A DNA stretch of 64,000 nt, taken from a virus. A program made the translations under genes and the position numbers. Position 1 is the stretch's first letter; the number at the start of each line of letters is the position of its first letter. The stretch spans positions 48,363 through 112,362 of IMG/VR virus record IMGVR_UViG_3300046616_000431, one strand, 5' to 3'. Below the pieces are notes generated by a model. It had not been told where the DNA came from and did no database searches. It saw only the letters and a program-made list of their open reading frames with translations. Of this stretch, positions 39,794 to 49,498 are shown piece by piece.

Positions 39794-42700
39794 GTGCTGC
39801 GCCTGGTCACTTCGTACGCCTCAGAACGCTTCCCCGGAACCGAATACCGCGTCGGCGGGGCGAAGCTCCACCTGCCCGCCCTCGTCGAGCACGAGGAAGA
39901 CGGCACCCGCTGGCTGCTCGTCCCCGCTGCCGCCCCTGTCATCGTCCCGCCGCTGACGTGGCGTCGCGCGCTCAGTGACGGCGCGGCCGGAGTCATGGAA
40001 GTGCTGGAGGACGGCGTCACGGCCGTCCCGGCGCACATGATTGAAGAGCAGGACATCAACGGCGGCAGAGTGTGCCTCGCCTACAGCCGCAACGCGATCT
40101 TCGACGACGAAGACGGCATCCCCACCTACCACGAGGTCCTCGACCAGCTCGAAGCCAAGCTCAGTCCGCCCACGACGGCGGCCGGGTTCGTGCACCTGCA
40201 CACCCACAGCGAGTACAGCCCCCTCGACGGCCTCTCTCGCCTGGACGAGATCGTCACCGAGGTCACCGGCCACGGTCAGACCGCCGTCGGCATCACCGAC
40301 CACGGCAACTGTGCCGGACACCCGGCCCTGCAGCGCGCGGCCGACGCGGCCGGAATCAAGCCGATCTTCGGCATCGAGGCCAACCTCACCGACGACCGGC
40401 TCATGCGCGGCGACACGATCCCCGAGGACGACCCGCGCTTCCACGGCCACACCACCACGGACGACGAAGGCAACGAGAAGCCCATCCCGCCCGCCCGGAT
40501 GCTGCAGAACCACTACTGGCACCTGTGCCTGTACGCCGAGAACAACGACGGCCTGCGCAACATCTGGGCCGCGAGCACCGAGGGCTTCCGCGACGGCTTC
40601 TACGGCCGCCCCCGCATGGACTGGGACACCCTGGCCCGCCACAGCGAAGGCGTCATCGCCTCCACCGGCTGCCTCCGGGGCCCCGTCGCCCGCGCGATCC
40701 TCGCCGAGGACACAGAGCTGGCCCGCCAGCGCCTCACCCGGCTCATGGACATCTTCCCCGGCCGCCTGTACGTCGAGCTGCAGCCCAACGACATGCACGA
40801 CCAGCGCTGGGTCAACACCCAGATGATCGTGCTCGCCAAGGAGTTCGGCCTTCCCCTGCTGGCCACTGTCGACTCCCACTTCCCGACCGAGGAGGACGCC
40901 CACGCCCACCAGGTGTGGATCGCCTGCCAGACCCAGAAGGACGTGCAGGATGAGGCCGACCTCTTCGCTGAAGACCTGGGCCTCTTTCTCAAGGACGAGG
41001 CCTCAGTCCGTGCCGGATTCTCTTACCTCGTCGAGGAAGTGGTCGACGAAGCCATCGCCAACACCGTGGTTCTGGCCGACCGTTGCAATGCCCGCATCGA
41101 AGGCGGGCAGGTAACCCCCTCCTTTACCGGCGACCCGGCTGAGGACGTCCGCCGCCTGCGCGAGCTGTGCCTGGCGAACTGGAACCGGCTGCCTGCCAGC
41201 GCGCAGGACCAGCCCGCCGGGGCCTACCGCATCTACCGCGAGCGCTTCGAGCGCGAGATGGACCTGCTCGTCACCAAGGGCTTCTGCGGCTACTACCTCA
41301 TGGTCGCGGACTACGTCGGCTGGGCCAAGGAGAACGGCATCCTCGTCGGCCCCGGGCGCGGCTCCGGCGGAGGCTCCCTGGTCGCCTACCTCGCCCGCAT
41401 CACCTCTCTGGACCCGATCCGTCACGACCTCCTGTTCGAGCGGTTCCTCACCATGGGCCGCAAGGGCCTGCCCGACTTCGACGTCGACTTCCCCGCCAGC
41501 AAGAAGGCCGCCATCCTCGGCTACCTCCGCCAGCGCTGGGGCACCGACCGCGTCGTCACTATCGGCTCCGAAGGCCGCCTGAAGAACAAGGCCGTCCTGG
41601 ACAACCTGCTGCGGGCCATGAAGTCCCGCCTGCCCGAGGGTGCCGAGGCCGACCTGAAGCAGGTCAAGGAACTGATCAAGGAGGTCGAGGCCGGGACCGC
41701 CGGACTGGGCATGTCCTGGGAGGACCTCTGGGTCCAGCACGGCGACCAGCTCCAGCCCTACGCCGACCGCTACCCCGAACTCTTCGAGATGGCCGAGAAG
41801 TTCGTCGGCCGCCTCAAGAGCTACGGCCGCCACGCCGCCGGGGTCGTCATTTCGACCTCCGTGCCGATCGCCGAGTGGATGCCCATGCGGGCCATCGAGG
41901 GCGAAGAGCAGATGGTGACCCAGTGGGCCATGGATGACGTCGAGGCCATCGGCGGGATCAAGTTCGACATCCTCACCCTCGGCACCCTGGACATCATCCA
42001 GCAGTGCATCGACCTCGTGCACGAGCGCTACGGGATCCGCATCGACCTGGAGGCCTGGGACAAGGAGTTCGAGGACCCCGACGTCTGGGACGAGTTCACC
42101 CACGCACTGACCCTCGGAATCTTCCAGGTCGACACCCCCAGCGGCACCCGCCTGTGCGAGCGGATGCGGCCGGTGAACGTCGCCGAACTCGCCGACATGA
42201 TCACCATCGTCCGGCCCGGCCCGAAGAATAGCGGCCTGACCGACGCCTACCTGCGCCGCCGCGCCGGTGAGCAGGCCGTCAGCTACCCCGACCCGCGCCT
42301 GGAGCGCGTCCTGGCCCCGACCTACGGCGCCATGATCTACCAGGAGCAGGTCATGGCCGTCACCCGGATCATCGCCGGGTACGACGAGTCCGAGGCCGAT
42401 GCCGTCCGCAAGATCCTCGGCAAGAAGAAGGTCGCCGCGATCGAGTCGGCAGGGCAGGAGTTCCTCTCCCGCGCCGACATGCCGCAGGCCGACGCCGCCC
42501 GACTGTGGGCCCAGATGGCCGAGTTCTCCAAGTACGGCTTCAACAAGTCCCATGCATACGCATACGCCTTCCTCGCGTACTGGACGGCCTTCCTCAAGGT
42601 CAACTACCGCCGCGAGTTCCTCGTCGCCGCCATGACCCACGTCGAGAACGAGCGGCTGCCCGAGTTCGTCCGCGAGGCACGCCGCGTCAACGTCTCCGTC

Positions 42701-43597
42701 CAGCCGCCACACATCAACCTCTCCGGCCACGGCTTCTCCGTCGACCCGGCCGAGTACGCCATCCGCTACGGCCTCGACTCCGTCAAGGGCGTGGGCGAGG
42801 CGGCCGTCGGCGACATAACGCCGCACCAGCCGTACAGCCACTGGGACGACTTCCAGGAGCGCAAGGGCAGCAAGGCCCACGCGGGAGTCGTCGCCCTCCT
42901 CGCCCGCATCGGCGCCTTCGACGACCTCGTGCCCAACCGGCGCGGCCTGGAGGCCAAGCTGCTGGCCGCCAAGACCGGCGAGGACGCCCGCTGCGTCTTC
43001 AAGGACGAGTCTCACGACTGGATGGAGCGGGTCACCGAGACGTTCGAGCAGCGCGACGGCGAGATGCACCGCCTCCCGCAGCCGACCTTCTGCACCTTCG
43101 ACTGGTCCACCGAGCCGGTCCCGGTGAACAAGCGCACCGGCAAGAAGCTCAAGCGCAAGCCGCTCCCCAAGCGCTGCACCAAGGCCTGCCGCCAGTACGT
43201 CCCCCGGCCCGCCATGGACCTCGACGACGTCGAGCCGTACACCGACGAGGACATCCGCCAGATCGAGCTGGAGATGCTCGGCTGCTTCCTCTCCAGCACA
43301 CCGTTCGACCGGCTCGACCCGGACGACCGCCAGGCGTGCCTGCACAACGCCACGGCCATCGCCGACGGCCCGAACGGCAACTACATCGTCGCCGCCATCA
43401 TCGCCAGCGCCCGCCCCCACCGCTCCATCCCCATGGGGTTCGTCTCCCTGGAAACCGAGGCCGCCACCCTCAGCGCGGCCGTGTTCCAGGACGCCTGGGC
43501 CGTCGAGAAGCACCGCCTGAACAAGGGCCAGCTCTGCTTCGCCGAAGTCCGCAAGACCGACCGGGGTCTCAACCTCGTCGCCTACCAGCCCGTCTGA
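39794..43597 (+). CDS. dnaE: DNA polymerase III alpha subunit
   Basis: PHP 'HLHTHSEYS.LDG','TDHG','GPGRGSGGGSLVAY','PDFDVDF','HAAGVV','KFDIL','YGFNKSHA'; start set at GTG with GAGGA RBS. Confidence 0.96.
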   Translation: MLRLVTSYASERFPGTEYRVGGAKLHLPALVEHEEDGTRWLLVPAAAPVIVPPLTWRRALSDGAAGVMEVLEDGVTAVPAHMIEEQDINGGRVCLAYSRNAIFDDEDGIPTYHEVLDQLEAKLSPPTTAAGFVHLHTHSEYSPLDGLSRLDEIVTEVTGHGQTAVGITDHGNCAGHPALQRAADAAGIKPIFGIEANLTDDRLMRGDTIPEDDPRFHGHTTTDDEGNEKPIPPARMLQNHYWHLCLYAENNDGLRNIWAASTEGFRDGFYGRPRMDWDTLARHSEGVIASTGCLRGPVARAILAEDTELARQRLTRLMDIFPGRLYVELQPNDMHDQRWVNTQMIVLAKEFGLPLLATVDSHFPTEEDAHAHQVWIACQTQKDVQDEADLFAEDLGLFLKDEASVRAGFSYLVEEVVDEAIANTVVLADRCNARIEGGQVTPSFTGDPAEDVRRLRELCLANWNRLPASAQDQPAGAYRIYRERFEREMDLLVTKGFCGYYLMVADYVGWAKENGILVGPGRGSGGGSLVAYLARITSLDPIRHDLLFERFLTMGRKGLPDFDVDFPASKKAAILGYLRQRWGTDRVVTIGSEGRLKNKAVLDNLLRAMKSRLPEGAEADLKQVKELIKEVEAGTAGLGMSWEDLWVQHGDQLQPYADRYPELFEMAEKFVGRLKSYGRHAAGVVISTSVPIAEWMPMRAIEGEEQMVTQWAMDDVEAIGGIKFDILTLGTLDIIQQCIDLVHERYGIRIDLEAWDKEFEDPDVWDEFTHALTLGIFQVDTPSGTRLCERMRPVNVAELADMITIVRPGPKNSGLTDAYLRRRAGEQAVSYPDPRLERVLAPTYGAMIYQEQVMAVTRIIAGYDESEADAVRKILGKKKVAAIESAGQEFLSRADMPQADAARLWAQMAEFSKYGFNKSHAYAYAFLAYWTAFLKVNYRREFLVAAMTHVENERLPEFVREARRVNVSVQPPHINLSGHGFSVDPAEYAIRYGLDSVKGVGEAAVGDITPHQPYSHWDDFQERKGSKAHAGVVALLARIGAFDDLVPNRRGLEAKLLAAKTGEDARCVFKDESHDWMERVTETFEQRDGEMHRLPQPTFCTFDWSTEPVPVNKRTGKKLKRKPLPKRCTKACRQYVPRPAMDLDDVEPYTDEDIRQIELEMLGCFLSSTPFDRLDPDDRQACLHNATAIADGPNGNYIVAAIIASARPHRSIPMGFVSLETEAATLSAAVFQDAWAVEKHRLNKGQLCFAEVRKTDRGLNLVAYQPV

Positions 43598-43612
43598 CCA
43601 GAAAGGCCCACC

Positions 43613-44065
43613 ATGCTCCGCGACCTGGGCACCGGCGCCCGCTTCTTCCTCTACGTGGTGATCGGCATGATCGCCGTCGCCGTCTTTGCCTTCCTGTCGA
43701 TCTACGTCTTCGGCTCGGTCCAGAACACGACCGCCGACTACCGGGGCCGGACCGACGCCCGCGAGCGCACCGTCGCCGACGGCGCCTTCCGCATCGGCAC
43801 CTACGAGCAGTTCTTCGACCTCTGCCAGTCCGTGCAGACCTCCGAGGCCGCCATCAGGAACGCCCAGAAGGAGCTGGACACCGACCCGGCGGCCGACCGC
43901 AAGGCACAGCTGCAGCAGGTCATCACGGCACAGAGCAACATCCGCGCCGAGTCCATCACGACCTACAACTCCAAGGCCTCCCAGGAGCACCGCCAGGCGT
44001 TCCTGGACGCCGCTCTCCCCGCCCGCCTCGACCTGAACACCCAGGAGACCCAGTGCGCCGCCTGA
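43613..44065 (+). CDS. Membrane-anchored coiled-coil protein
   Basis: Single N-terminal TM helix followed by coiled coil. Confidence 0.7.
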   Translation: MLRDLGTGARFFLYVVIGMIAVAVFAFLSIYVFGSVQNTTADYRGRTDARERTVADGAFRIGTYEQFFDLCQSVQTSEAAIRNAQKELDTDPAADRKAQLQQVITAQSNIRAESITTYNSKASQEHRQAFLDAALPARLDLNTQETQCAA

Positions 44066-44646
44066 CCACCACCCTCGCCGCTACCGCTGCCGTCCTCGGC
44101 CTCGCCTTCGGCGCCACCGCCTGCGACATGGGCGGCGACAGCCAGCCCTCCTCGCGAGCCAAGGAGAACAAGAGCCGCAACAGCAGCTACGACGGCCTCG
44201 TCGCCAAGCAGCCCGCCGAGAAGGTCGACTACAGCCCCACCCGGGCGACCAAGAACTTCTGGATCAAGACCTGGGGCAAGACCCCGAACAAGCTGTCGTA
44301 CGTCTACATCCAGAACGCCAACGGCCAGTACGGCTACTACATCCTCAAGGGCCTGCCCGTCACCTACTGCGTCAGCCTCGTGCCGCCGGAGCAGGCCTCC
44401 CGGCTCGACCTCGGCTCCGACGGCAGCACGGGCGTCGTCGTCCAGGCCCCCTCCATGGACGGCACCTACAGCAGCCAGTCCAACTGCACCTCCTACTACG
44501 GCGAGGACGCGACCAGCGGCGCCTACGTCGAGTGGAGCGTCGGCGCGAACCAGTCGTACTTCCTCTACTCCGAGCCGATGAGCCTGCCGCAGTTCAAGGA
44601 CGCCGTCCCGCTCGGCAAGACCCAGCTCTCCGACGTCAAGCACTGA
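44053..44646 (+). CDS. Lipoprotein
   Basis: AGGAG RBS, GTG, signal peptide with lipobox ATA-C. Confidence 0.75.
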   Translation: MRRLTTTLAATAAVLGLAFGATACDMGGDSQPSSRAKENKSRNSSYDGLVAKQPAEKVDYSPTRATKNFWIKTWGKTPNKLSYVYIQNANGQYGYYILKGLPVTYCVSLVPPEQASRLDLGSDGSTGVVVQAPSMDGTYSSQSNCTSYYGEDATSGAYVEWSVGANQSYFLYSEPMSLPQFKDAVPLGKTQLSDVKH

Positions 44647-44652
44647 CCCACC

Positions 44653-44684
44653 GGCGGGGGCCGACACGACGGTCGGCCCCCGCC
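44653..44684 (+). terminator. Hairpin terminator
   Basis: 13-bp perfect stem GGCGGGGGCCGAC / GTCGGCCCCCGCC. Confidence 0.65.
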
Positions 44685-44704
44685 TCCTGAACGGAGCCCC
44701 TCCC

Positions 44705-45325
44705 ATGTCCAACGTCATCGACAGCATCAGCCACCCGTACTGGGCCAACCTCGGCAACGCGGTCCGCGAGAGCCGCACCAAGCAGCGCTACTCCCAGCAG
44801 TCTGTCGCCGGTGCGGTCGGCCTTTCCGTCCGGGACCTGGCCGCCCTGGAGTCGGGGTTCGTGCCGCCGGAGGTCGCGGTCACCCTCGGCCGCGTCCGCC
44901 TGACTGCCTTCGACGAGATGCTGGGCTGGGAGGAGGGCACCGCCCGCGAGTACGTCACCGAGGCGGTCTCGGCGGTCAGCGTCCCCGAAGGCTTCACGTT
45001 CAGCACCAACGTCGTCGAGCCCCGCAACAGCCTGGACCGCTCTACCTACTCCCGCGCCGACTGGGTCCGCCTCGGCAAGGCCGTCCAGGTCGCCCGCATG
45101 GCGCAGCGCATGACCAAGCCCGTCCTGGCCTTCGCTGTCCAGTCCACCAGCAAGACCATGCTCCGCCTCGAAGAGGGGCGCATCTACGGCGACCCGCGTA
45201 CCGCGCCGCCCGGCGACTACAACTCCGAGAAGTACTGGTTCAAGCGCCTCGCGCTGCTGGAGATGGCCCTGGAGTGGGAAGCGGGCCAGGCCCGCCAGAT
45301 CCTCGACAACACCGCCACCAAGTAG
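44705..45325 (+). CDS. Tandem XRE-HTH transcriptional regulator
   Basis: Two repeats 'W..LG.AV...R....(S/T)...(V/L)A..V........LE.G...L.WE.G.AR'. Confidence 0.75.
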   Translation: MSNVIDSISHPYWANLGNAVRESRTKQRYSQQSVAGAVGLSVRDLAALESGFVPPEVAVTLGRVRLTAFDEMLGWEEGTAREYVTEAVSAVSVPEGFTFSTNVVEPRNSLDRSTYSRADWVRLGKAVQVARMAQRMTKPVLAFAVQSTSKTMLRLEEGRIYGDPRTAPPGDYNSEKYWFKRLALLEMALEWEAGQARQILDNTATK

Positions 45326-45392
45326 CACCTGCAGCACCACCGGCCGACCGCCAACGGCCGCGTACCGCCTCCTACCGCCAGGGAGACCCCTC

Positions 45393-46481
45393 ATGGCCTC
45401 GAAGGGCCTTTCCAAGCTCCGCACCGATCTGACCAAGGTGTACGGGGACCGCGTCACCCGCCGGGATCAGATGATCCCCCCGACGTTCGTCTCCACCGGC
45501 TCCATCACCCTCGACTACGCCATGGGCGGTGGGTTCGCGCTCAAGCGCACCCACGAGATCCTCGGCCCCGAGGGCATGGGCAAGACGTCGCTGGCGAACC
45601 TCACCATGGCCAACGCCCAGCGCCAGTTCCCCGACCGCGCCGTCTCCGTCATCGACATGGAGCAGGCCTACGACTTCGACTGGGCCCGCAGGCTCGGCGT
45701 CGATGTCGACGACGAGGACAGGTTTTTCCACCTCTACCCGAACCACTCCGAGGATGTCTCCGACCAGATCGGCATGCTGCTGCGCAGCGGCGAGGTCTCC
45801 CTGGTCGTCGTCGACTCCATCGGCGGCATGGAGTCCCGTGCCGCGTTCGAGAAGAAGGCCGAGGAGTCGGCCATGGGCAAGAACGCCCAGGTCATCTCCC
45901 GCATGGTCAAGCGCGTCGCCGGACTGTGCCGCGAGAACAACGCCGCCGTCGTCTTCATCAACCAGTACCGCGCCGACATCGGCAACCCGCGCGGCGGCCA
46001 GAAGCCCGCAGGCCCCTCCGCGCTGAAGTACAACACCACGACACAGCTCAAGATGAGCCGCACCGGCGAGACCACCCGCAAGGTCACCATCAGCGACGCC
46101 GTCTCCGAGGCCCCCAAGGACCTGGAGGTCGGCCGCCAGCTGCGCGTGAAGGTCACCCGCAACAAGCTCGCCGCCCAGGGCCGCAGCGCCGACTTCTGGT
46201 TCTACAACGTCGCCACTGAGAAGTACGGCCCCGTCGGCGTCGACCAGATGGACGAGGCCGCCGTCCTCGGCATGGCCACCGGCGCCATCAAGCGCCTGTC
46301 CACCGTGTCCTACGAGTTCCCCGGCGGCGCCCAGGTCAAGGGCGGCCGACCCGGCGTCCTGGCCTACCTCGCCGAGCACCGCGAACTCGTCGGCCAGATC
46401 CGCGAGCTGGCCCTGCAGAGCATCTCCAGCGAAGTCCAGTCCGAGCACACGGTCTCCTACGACGACGAGGAAGCAGCATGA
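45393..46481 (+). CDS. recA: RecA-family recombinase
   Basis: 'STGSITLD..GGG','GPEGMGKT','IDME','VVVDSI','FINQ.R','ALKY','RNK'. Confidence 0.95.
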   Translation: MASKGLSKLRTDLTKVYGDRVTRRDQMIPPTFVSTGSITLDYAMGGGFALKRTHEILGPEGMGKTSLANLTMANAQRQFPDRAVSVIDMEQAYDFDWARRLGVDVDDEDRFFHLYPNHSEDVSDQIGMLLRSGEVSLVVVDSIGGMESRAAFEKKAEESAMGKNAQVISRMVKRVAGLCRENNAAVVFINQYRADIGNPRGGQKPAGPSALKYNTTTQLKMSRTGETTRKVTISDAVSEAPKDLEVGRQLRVKVTRNKLAAQGRSADFWFYNVATEKYGPVGVDQMDEAAVLGMATGAIKRLSTVSYEFPGGAQVKGGRPGVLAYLAEHRELVGQIRELALQSISSEVQSEHTVSYDDEEAA

Positions 46482-46915
46482 GCAAGCTCAAGGCCGACGG
46501 CCCGTACCGGGCCTGGGTCAGGAGGCACGCTCTCCGCCTGGCCATCCTCAACGTCGTGATCCACGCCCTGGCACTCGTGCTGGTGCTCGTCTACTTCGAC
46601 CGCCTGGATCGAGCGGTCGGCAGTGACGCCTTCAACAGAGGCGCCCTCTGGGGGATGGCGTACGTCCTGGTCGTCATGGGGCTGGCCGCGTCGGTGGGCA
46701 CCCTGCGCCGGGTGAGGAAGCCCGCGCCTGTGCCGGTCGACCCGGCCAACCCGCCGACCCCGGGGATCTTCGCCTACGACCCCGAGGACCCTGACGACCC
46801 CGAGGTCCTCTGCCACTGCCACGGCCGCCCCATCGCCGCAGGCCAGTCCGTCGTCCAGTGGCCGCAGCCGCCCAAGTACACCTGCACCGACGCCGACGAG
46901 GAGCGCACCAAGTGA
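46478..46915 (+). CDS. Two-TM membrane protein
   Basis: Two hydrophobic helices; ATGA coupling. Confidence 0.65.
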   Translation: MSKLKADGPYRAWVRRHALRLAILNVVIHALALVLVLVYFDRLDRAVGSDAFNRGALWGMAYVLVVMGLAASVGTLRRVRKPAPVPVDPANPPTPGIFAYDPEDPDDPEVLCHCHGRPIAAGQSVVQWPQPPKYTCTDADEERTK

Positions 46916-47082
46916 CGCACCAGTGCACCCTGCCGCACCCCGGCCGCCACTCGCTCCCCAACGTGACCTGCGGTGAGTGCGGCGCCGAGTACGAGCTGGT
47001 CTACACCGGCCTCTGGGGCCTCCCGCTGCGCTTCAAGCGCCTTTTCCAGGCCCTCGGCCGCAAGCTCAAGGGGCGCCGATGA
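46912..47082 (+). CDS. Small Cys-containing hypothetical protein
   Basis: GTGA overlaps; CGEC. Confidence 0.5.
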   Translation: MTHQCTLPHPGRHSLPNVTCGECGAEYELVYTGLWGLPLRFKRLFQALGRKLKGRR

Positions 47083-47294
47083 GCGGGACGCCCGAGACGC
47101 CCGAGACGCCCATCTGGCACATGTGCTCGGACCTCCCCAAGCCCGACAAGGCCGCGACCAAGATCGTCCGCTGCGGCATCTGCGGCCAGTTCTGGAAGCG
47201 CGACTACTACGCCAGCCATGTCGTCTGGGCGCCGGTGACCGGGAAAGACGCCCGGCGCCTCCGCCGTCAGCTGCGAGTCAGGGGGCAACGCTGA
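47079..47294 (+). CDS. Small Zn-ribbon hypothetical protein
   Basis: H.C...CGIC; ATGA overlap. Confidence 0.5.
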   Translation: MSGTPETPETPIWHMCSDLPKPDKAATKIVRCGICGQFWKRDYYASHVVWAPVTGKDARRLRRQLRVRGQR

Positions 47295-47746
47295 TGTCGC
47301 TCAACAAGGACATGGGTGATGCGCACGAGAAGCGTCTAGCCGAGGTGCTCGGCATGCGCCAGACCCGGGGCTCCGGCAACCAGTGGCGCGACCAGATGGA
47401 CGCCAAGCACAACCGGCTCGACAGCCGGTTCGCCTTCGCGGTCGACGGCAAGTCCACCCTGGCCAAGTCCATCAGCATCACGCGCGCCATGTGGGAGAAG
47501 GCCGGAGAGCAGGCGGGCGGCGAACTCCCCATGCTGGCCCTGCGCTTCTACAACAACGCCTCCCTGGAGGTGCACGCGGACCTCGCCGTCTGCGACCTCC
47601 TGGACTTCGCCGAGATGCGCGAGGCCGCAGAGCTGTGGGCGAAGGCCAAACCGGTCCTGGAGGCGCTCCTGAAGGCTAAGCCGCGCTGCGTCCCGGTCAT
47701 CGTCAGCATGGCGTACGCCGTCCTCGAAGCGGAGGCCTCCGCATGA
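47294..47746 (+). CDS. PD-(D/E)XK nuclease, Holliday-junction-resolvase-like
   Basis: 'G..HE','GSG','D....VDGKST' catalytic pattern. Confidence 0.65.
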   Translation: MSLNKDMGDAHEKRLAEVLGMRQTRGSGNQWRDQMDAKHNRLDSRFAFAVDGKSTLAKSISITRAMWEKAGEQAGGELPMLALRFYNNASLEVHADLAVCDLLDFAEMREAAELWAKAKPVLEALLKAKPRCVPVIVSMAYAVLEAEASA

Positions 47747-48174
47747 TGAACCCCGCCTGGAGCTACGCCCTCACCTTCGTCGGCCTCGTCGGCCAGCTGC
47801 TCGCCGGACGGAAGAAGACCCTCGGCTGGGCCATCGGCTTCTCCGCCCAGGGACTGTGGGCGGCCTACGCCGTCACCACCGGCCAGTACGGCTTCCTCAT
47901 CGGCTCCCTGGCCTACGGCTACGTCTACGCCCTGAACTGGTTCACCTGGCGCCGCGAGCAGGCCGAGAAGGCCAAGGGCCAGACCCCCGACCAGAGGCTG
48001 CAGGAGCTGGCCTACGAGATGCTCTCCACCGCCTCCCCGGACGGCTCGTTGGCCGACCGGGTCCGCCACGCCGAGGTCCTGATCCGCTTCTCCAAGACGG
48101 CCGCCGCCTGGGAGAAGGAGAACGGGACGCCGGAGCGGAAGCGACGGATGCCGAGGGCGAGCGACTACCGATGA
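47743..48174 (+). CDS. PnuC-like small membrane protein
   Basis: Three TMs 'GW.IG...Q.LW..YAV.T.QYGF......Y..NW..W'. Confidence 0.6.
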   Translation: MMNPAWSYALTFVGLVGQLLAGRKKTLGWAIGFSAQGLWAAYAVTTGQYGFLIGSLAYGYVYALNWFTWRREQAEKAKGQTPDQRLQELAYEMLSTASPDGSLADRVRHAEVLIRFSKTAAAWEKENGTPERKRRMPRASDYR

Positions 48175-49007
48175 CCACCTTCACGCCCAGCTTCCGCCGC
48201 GTCGTCTCCCTCAGCCGCGACCTGGTCCTGATCCCGCTGATCGAGAACGCGGTCCAGCAGTGCGCGTTCCCGAAGAAATTCGCCGTCACCTTCGAGGGCT
48301 ACACCGCCACCCGCGAGCCCGACGGCTGGTTCCACCCCTCCACCCACCCCACGATGGACGCCCGCAAGCTGTACTACTACCTCGCCCGGCCCGAGAAGTG
48401 GGTCGAGGACGAGTTCCCCTACGGCGCCCGCATGTCCGTGCTCATGGGCTCGGCCATGCACGACATCTTCCAGCACGTCATGACGGAGATGGGCCTGCTC
48501 GTGCAGCCCACGGGCACCTGCGTCTGCTGCGGCAAGACCCACGGCCGCCGCAAGGGCCAGTGCAACGAGTGGGGCGTCCGCGACGACAACCTCGGCCGCC
48601 GGGGCCACATGGACGGCCTCTTCGAGGACCTGCCGAAGTGGGGCGAGGGCATCTTCGACCTGAAGACCTGCGCCCCTCCGGTCATCCGGGGCATCGAGAG
48701 CCACGACCTCGACGCCTTCAAGATCAAGTGGCCGAAGTACTACGCCCAGGCCCAGGAGTACATGGCCCTGACCGGCAAGGTCCAGAGCCTGATCCTCTTC
48801 CTCGCCATGAGCGAGGGCTGGGACATGCGCGAGTTCACAATTCCTCGCGACGATTCCTTCATTGCCAGCATGGAGGCGAAGTACCGTGTGGTCCGCCAGC
48901 ACGTAGAGATGGGCACCCCGCCACCCGTCGCGTGCTGTTCCACCCGTGCCGCCGCCCGCAAGTGTCCCGCCAGCGCTTGCCCCGTCAAGATCGGCTTCGC
49001 CGCATGA
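48171..49007 (+). CDS. Cas4/RecB-like PD-(D/E)XK exonuclease
   Basis: 'GSAMH','GHMDG','DLKT','QAQEYM', C-terminal Cys cluster; no CRISPR array in window. Confidence 0.75.
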   Translation: MTTFTPSFRRVVSLSRDLVLIPLIENAVQQCAFPKKFAVTFEGYTATREPDGWFHPSTHPTMDARKLYYYLARPEKWVEDEFPYGARMSVLMGSAMHDIFQHVMTEMGLLVQPTGTCVCCGKTHGRRKGQCNEWGVRDDNLGRRGHMDGLFEDLPKWGEGIFDLKTCAPPVIRGIESHDLDAFKIKWPKYYAQAQEYMALTGKVQSLILFLAMSEGWDMREFTIPRDDSFIASMEAKYRVVRQHVEMGTPPPVACCSTRAAARKCPASACPVKIGFAA

Positions 49008-49498
49008 CTGCCATCACCCCTGCGTCAACCCCCTTCAGCGCCTCCGGCAACGCCCTCGGCTTCGTCCGTTACGTGGACGACGCCGAGGAATGGCGCCCCA
49101 ACCACCCCTTCGCCGCCACCCTCCGCATCCACGACGTCAAGCGCAGCGTTTCCTCCTGCCGCATCATCTGGCGCGACGAGACGACCGGCACGCTCTACCC
49201 GATGCTCCTGCCCGAGCTGGAAGACCTGCTCACCGCAGGCACGATCAGCCTCGGTGTCGCCAAGGGCTGGTGGATCATCCGCCAGCGCGGCCGGAACTAC
49301 GGCATCTGCCGCGCCTACGAAGCCGAGATCGTCGCCATGCCGACCCTCGAAGAGCGCGACGGCGACATGACCTGCTCCATGCCCCGCCCCCACATGCCGC
49401 ACGACCTCACCCACGACGCCCGCACCTACCACTGCGACGGCGTCCGCGTCTTCCTCATCCGCCGCCCCGCGCCCGTCCAAGGAGAGCCGACTCAGTGA
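49004..49498 (+). CDS. Hypothetical protein, paralogue of next gene
   Basis: 'EWRPN.PF.A.L...QRGRNYGI'. Confidence 0.7.
   Translation: MTAITPASTPFSASGNALGFVRYVDDAEEWRPNHPFAATLRIHDVKRSVSSCRIIWRDETTGTLYPMLLPELEDLLTAGTISLGVAKGWWIIRQRGRNYGICRAYEAEIVAMPTLEERDGDMTCSMPRPHMPHDLTHDARTYHCDGVRVFLIRRPAPVQGEPTQ

Noticed and set aside
48171-49007. Cas4-like gene as sign of a CRISPR-Cas system (also DinG as type IV)
   Set aside because: No repeat-spacer array or other cas genes seen; solo Cas4-like nucleases and DinG are common in phages
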